A stretch of DNA of 64,000 bases from an uncultured delta proteobacterium (GTDB lineage Bacteria; Myxococcota_A; Polyangia; Polyangiales; Polyangiaceae), in the NCBI GenBank assembly GCA_963696385.1, contig CAVOKF010000001.1:1-64000 (forward strand), given 5' to 3'. Below the pieces are notes generated by a model. The model searched no databases. It saw only the letters and a list, made by a program, of their open reading frames with translations, and was not told the origin of the DNA. Of this stretch, positions 60,221 through 64,000 are shown one piece after another (position 1 is the first letter of the stretch; each line of letters begins with the position of its first letter). The position numbers and the translations under genes were made by a program.

Positions 60221-62536
60221 ATGGCTGAAGTACAAGAAGTACAAGAAGTACAAGAGGAACTCGGTCGATTGAAACGGTTCTCGTCAGCTCGGAGGATGCC
60301 GGCGGTGTGGCTTCGTGTCGGAGGCCTCTCGGCTCTGCTCGTTTCGGCCGGAGCGTGCAGTCGCATTCCCCAGGGCCGCTCCGCGGTGGACTCCGTCCGC
60401 ATCTTGAACACCCATGAGCTCGACTCGGCAGCGATCGAAGACAAGATCGCCACGCAGGCTTCGACCCGGTTCCTTTTCCTCTTCCAGGGCATCGCTTACG
60501 ACTATTCGGTCTACGACGAGGCGACGCTCCAGCGCGACATGGCTCGTGTGGAGCGGTTCTATCGATCGAAAGGCTTCTTCGACGCGCACGCGCGCGTGGC
60601 TCACGTGCGGCAAGTGAGCCCCAGTCACGTTCGCATCGAAATCCTCGTCGACGAAGGTCCCCCGACGCGGAATCGAAAAATCACCCTCGCCGGAATCGAC
60701 GCGTTGCCCTCGGATGTCGTCGCCGCGGTGCACAAGGCGGCGCATACCGCGCTGGTCGATGGCGCCCGGTTCGACGAGACCCGTTTCAAGGATTCCGAGG
60801 ACGCCTTGAAGAAGGCGCTCACCGACCTCGGCTACGCGTACGCGACGGTCGAGGCTCAGGCCGAAGTCGACATCGGGACCCATTGCGCCGACTACGGGTT
60901 CAAGATCGTGCCCGGGCCGATGGCCACATTTGGGCCGATCACGTTCGAGGGTCTGGATCGGCCCGGGGCGCCCAAGGATTCGATTCCGAAGGCGCCTCTG
61001 CTGCGAGCCATCGACATTGCGCCCGGAGCGACGTACTCGACGGCGCAAATCGGCGAAGCGACCCAGGCGCTTTTGGACTTGGGCGTGTTCGCCTCCGTTC
61101 AGATCGTTCCGACGCTCGACCGACCGCCGCCGGATCCTCCGAGCGTGCCGCTCACCGTCAAAGTCGAGCCCGCCCGGCTACGGCAAATTACGCTGGGGGG
61201 CGGGTTCGAAATCGACGAGATCAAGACCGAGATCCACGGGATTGCGCGATGGGAAGATCGAAATTTCCTGGGCGGCTTGCGCGACTTCAGTGCGACGTTC
61301 CAGCCGGGTGTGGTCCTGTATCCCTATCGCATCAATTACTTGAAAGGGACGCTGCAGTCGCTGCCCGAAGAGCGGCTGAGAATGGAACTGCGCCAGCCCG
61401 GCTTCATCGAGGCGAGGACGACCGGTTTTGTCCGGCCCGAGTTCAACATCTTCCCGATGCTCGTTGAAGTCGTGTCGACGCCCACGCCCCCGAGCGGTCC
61501 CGTGCCCGGCTTCTTCGAAGTGAAACTGCCGATCGGAGTCGAGCGGACGTTCTGGAAAAGGCTCTACGTCGCCCTCGGCTACACGTTCCAGATCGAGGCT
61601 CCCTTTTCGTACGTCGACAGCCTCGATCCGGGTCTCCGGACGGTCACGTTCTCATTCCCGGAGCTCGATACGCATGTGGATCTTCGCGACAGCGCAACGC
61701 ACCCCCACGCCGGGATCTACCTCGGCAATGCGCTTCAGGTTGCCGGCGGCATCTTCGGTGGGACGGCGACCGACGTACGCGTGCAGCCGGAGGTTCGAAC
61801 GTACCTTCCGATCGCGCGTGGCGTGACGTTTGCGACGCGGGCTTCGGTGGGCTTTCTCTGGTCGTCGAACTACGGCAAAGGGTGGAATAGCGAGCTCGAG
61901 AACTCGGCGACAACCGTGGCGAACAGTATCTCCGTGCCGCCGCCGACCGCGACGCAGGAAGCGGCGCGGGCGACGCTCGAGCACGACGTGGAGACGATGT
62001 ACTTTCGCGGTTTCTTTTCGGGCGGCCCGACGACCAACCGCGGCTTTCCCCTGCTCGGCGTCAGCCCCCACGGCGTCATCCCGTTTCTCAATCCGGGGAC
62101 GGCCTCGCAACAAGTCAGTTCCAACTGCAACACCAACGCGCACATGACGCAAACGCCCCAGCAATACGCTGCGACGTTGGAAGAGAATTGCTTTTTGCCC
62201 GTCGGCGGCTTCACGCTGTGGGAATTTCAAAACGAATTGCGCGCCGAGATCGCGGGGCCGCTTTCGGGTGCCGTGTTCTGCGACATGGGCGATGTGTCGC
62301 CTCAGGAAGGCGATATCCGTCTCGGTCACCTCCACCTTTCGTGCGGCATCGGCGCCGCCTACGACACGCCGGTCGGTCCCATTCGGCTCGACCTCGGTTA
62401 CCGCGTGCAGCCGTTGCAAGTGCTGGGGTTCAGAAGCGAAACGGCCGCATCGACCGCCGATCCGGTCAACGGCGCCCCGCCCACGATTTTCAAGATCCCG
62501 GTCGCGCTGGCTGTCGGCATCGGGCAAGCCTTCTAG
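60221..62536 (+). CDS. BamA/TamA (Omp85) family outer-membrane protein
   Basis: POTRA-like FYRSKGFFDA, VDEGP, LGYAYA; FSGG..NRGF, YDTPVGPIRLDLGYR, terminal IGQAF; start uncertain. Confidence 0.9.
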   Translation: MAEVQEVQEVQEELGRLKRFSSARRMPAVWLRVGGLSALLVSAGACSRIPQGRSAVDSVRILNTHELDSAAIEDKIATQASTRFLFLFQGIAYDYSVYDEATLQRDMARVERFYRSKGFFDAHARVAHVRQVSPSHVRIEILVDEGPPTRNRKITLAGIDALPSDVVAAVHKAAHTALVDGARFDETRFKDSEDALKKALTDLGYAYATVEAQAEVDIGTHCADYGFKIVPGPMATFGPITFEGLDRPGAPKDSIPKAPLLRAIDIAPGATYSTAQIGEATQALLDLGVFASVQIVPTLDRPPPDPPSVPLTVKVEPARLRQITLGGGFEIDEIKTEIHGIARWEDRNFLGGLRDFSATFQPGVVLYPYRINYLKGTLQSLPEERLRMELRQPGFIEARTTGFVRPEFNIFPMLVEVVSTPTPPSGPVPGFFEVKLPIGVERTFWKRLYVALGYTFQIEAPFSYVDSLDPGLRTVTFSFPELDTHVDLRDSATHPHAGIYLGNALQVAGGIFGGTATDVRVQPEVRTYLPIARGVTFATRASVGFLWSSNYGKGWNSELENSATTVANSISVPPPTATQEAARATLEHDVETMYFRGFFSGGPTTNRGFPLLGVSPHGVIPFLNPGTASQQVSSNCNTNAHMTQTPQQYAATLEENCFLPVGGFTLWEFQNELRAEIAGPLSGAVFCDMGDVSPQEGDIRLGHLHLSCGIGAAYDTPVGPIRLDLGYRVQPLQVLGFRSETAASTADPVNGAPPTIFKIPVALAVGIGQAF

Positions 62537-64000
62537 TGGCCGAGCATCCGACGCCGGGGCCCTTGGCAGGGGCTGAGCTCCACGATCGATCCGATCGGCG
62601 CGCCGCCGAACCGCGCAGGCCGACCCGCATCCTGCCGCTCGTCGCTCGGGCGACGGGGGTCGTGCTGACCTTCGTCGTCAGCGCCGTCCTCGGCGCGATC
62701 GTTCATCTGGACACCCCGCGCGTTCGCGTGTGGTCCGCGGAGTTGGTCAACGGGATCTTGGCGCCTCTGTTTCAGGGACAGATTCACATCGACCGCATCG
62801 GCGCGCTCGGGCCGTTCGGCGTATCGGACGCGGACGTCACGATCGACGACGCGACCGGACGCCCCGTCATCGTCGCTCGGGGCGTTCGATCGAGCATCCG
62901 AACGCTCGCGCTCGTCCGTTCGGCGCTGCTCGCGCGGGGGGCGCCGCTCACGATCGATCTGTTCGACGTGTCGATCGACCAGGGCGACGTGCGGCTGGAC
63001 ACCGACGCCCAAGGTCGGCTCGACCTCGTCGGCACCTTCGATCCGAGGACGCCGAGCGCGTCCTCGAGTGCGAAGGATCGCGGGGTGCGGTTGGCCATTC
63101 GCGGCATCGCGGTGGGACACGTCCGCGTGCACGGTCGGATCGCCGGCGCCCCGGCGATCGATGTCGATCTGAACGACATCGCGGGCGCGTTCGCGTACTC
63201 GCCCGACGCGATCGAGGGCGACGTCGTCCGGGCGTCGATCTTCGCTCATCGGATCGCGAACGGCGCGGATGTCGTCGGGTCGCTCCGAGGGCACGTCCGA
63301 GGGCCCTTCGATCCGAAGGCGAAGATCGCCGGGCACATCGACTGGCAAGGGATCGTCGGAGGGATCGCCCATTCGGTCCAACTCACGATCGACCGCGACC
63401 GGGTCGATGGGACGGCCGACGCCCCTCGCATCGATCCGGTCGCCCTGCGGTCGCTCGGGATCGACTTGCCGATCCATCGACCGGCCGCGCTTCGCGTCGA
63501 AGCGCGCGGCACGCTGCCCGATCTGCACTTCGATGCGAATGCCGCGTTGGGCGATGCCGGCTTGCATGCGGCCGGTTTGCTGTCCCTGGGCGCCGACCGG
63601 CACGCCCGCGTCTCGTTCGAATCGCACGGCGTCGACATCCGCGAGCTCCTCGGGTCCGGCCCCGCTTCGCGCCTCGGCGTCAACGGCGACGTGGCGGCCG
63701 CGATCCAGGCGGACGGCGCCGTCACCGCGGATGCGACCCTGCGCCTCGGCGGCACCGTCGGATCCTACGAAATCCCGGCGGCATCGATCCGCGCCACGGT
63801 CGGGCGTTCGCACACGAGTCCGCTGACCGGGCGCGCCGACGTCGTGATCGACGAGCCTTCCGCACCGACGCGCCTTTACGTGACCGTCGGGCCCAAGAGC
63901 CTGTCCACCCTCGACTTTGCCCTGACGTCGGATGCCGTCGATCTCGATCGGATTCCCCAAATCCACCGCGCGGCGCAAGGCCGAGCGCACCTTCAGGTCG
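62536..64000 (+). CDS. TamB-like protein, N-terminal part (runs off window)
   Basis: GTG overlapping TamA stop; TM anchor VLTFVVSAVLGAIVHLDTP; beta-rich open frame, absent from ORF track because it has no stop. Confidence 0.7.
   Translation, partial: MAEHPTPGPLAGAELHDRSDRRAAEPRRPTRILPLVARATGVVLTFVVSAVLGAIVHLDTPRVRVWSAELVNGILAPLFQGQIHIDRIGALGPFGVSDADVTIDDATGRPVIVARGVRSSIRTLALVRSALLARGAPLTIDLFDVSIDQGDVRLDTDAQGRLDLVGTFDPRTPSASSSAKDRGVRLAIRGIAVGHVRVHGRIAGAPAIDVDLNDIAGAFAYSPDAIEGDVVRASIFAHRIANGADVVGSLRGHVRGPFDPKAKIAGHIDWQGIVGGIAHSVQLTIDRDRVDGTADAPRIDPVALRSLGIDLPIHRPAALRVEARGTLPDLHFDANAALGDAGLHAAGLLSLGADRHARVSFESHGVDIRELLGSGPASRLGVNGDVAAAIQADGAVTADATLRLGGTVGSYEIPAASIRATVGRSHTSPLTGRADVVIDEPSAPTRLYVTVGPKSLSTLDFALTSDAVDLDRIPQIHRAAQGRAHLQV

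Noticed and set aside
60227..60253. (gaagtacaa)x3 as a phase-variation tract
   Set aside because: The 9-bp unit is in frame, so copy changes would not switch expression.

Overview
GC-rich window that looks like two genomes joined at about 9.5 kb. Bases 1-~9500 are frameshift-rich and Planctomycete (Gemmataceae)-like: a methyltransferase, DUF1328, a BBP7 beta-barrel fragment, an ice-binding/FG-GAP fragment, an M50-CBS protease, a GT4 glycosyltransferase, LPS kinases and palindromic REP-like hairpins. From ~9500 on the genes are mostly intact and Myxococcota (Polyangiaceae)-like: GH5, an HhH protein/pentapeptide-bactofilin/bactofilin operon, a kinase-PstS-OmpA fusion, trmFO, acyl-CoA dehydrogenases, a TSP3-OmpA protein, a type III PKS/UbiG-like operon, a di-CxxCH cytochrome, a phosphoesterase, a cold-shock protein, ABC-F, pyk, VIT1, a PEGA/kinase pair and TamA/TamB-like genes. 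The most striking structure is at 42.2-49.1 kb. Two oppositely oriented cargo-carrying transposons (42246-43944 and 44108-48845) share GGGCTTTGCCYATAAA ends with three subterminal binding-like motifs. All four junctions abut the octamer CCCAGCAG (one junction is one base short), which is part of a local REP-like repeat. One element carries a SWIM-finger DDE transposase pseudogene and a PLD-fold/2TM gene pair, a candidate defence system. The other has no transposase and carries a MazF/PemK-like toxin with an unusually large partner. A highly structured ~210-nt candidate ncRNA lies at 33779-33991. All family assignments come from motif recognition by eye; no searches were run.
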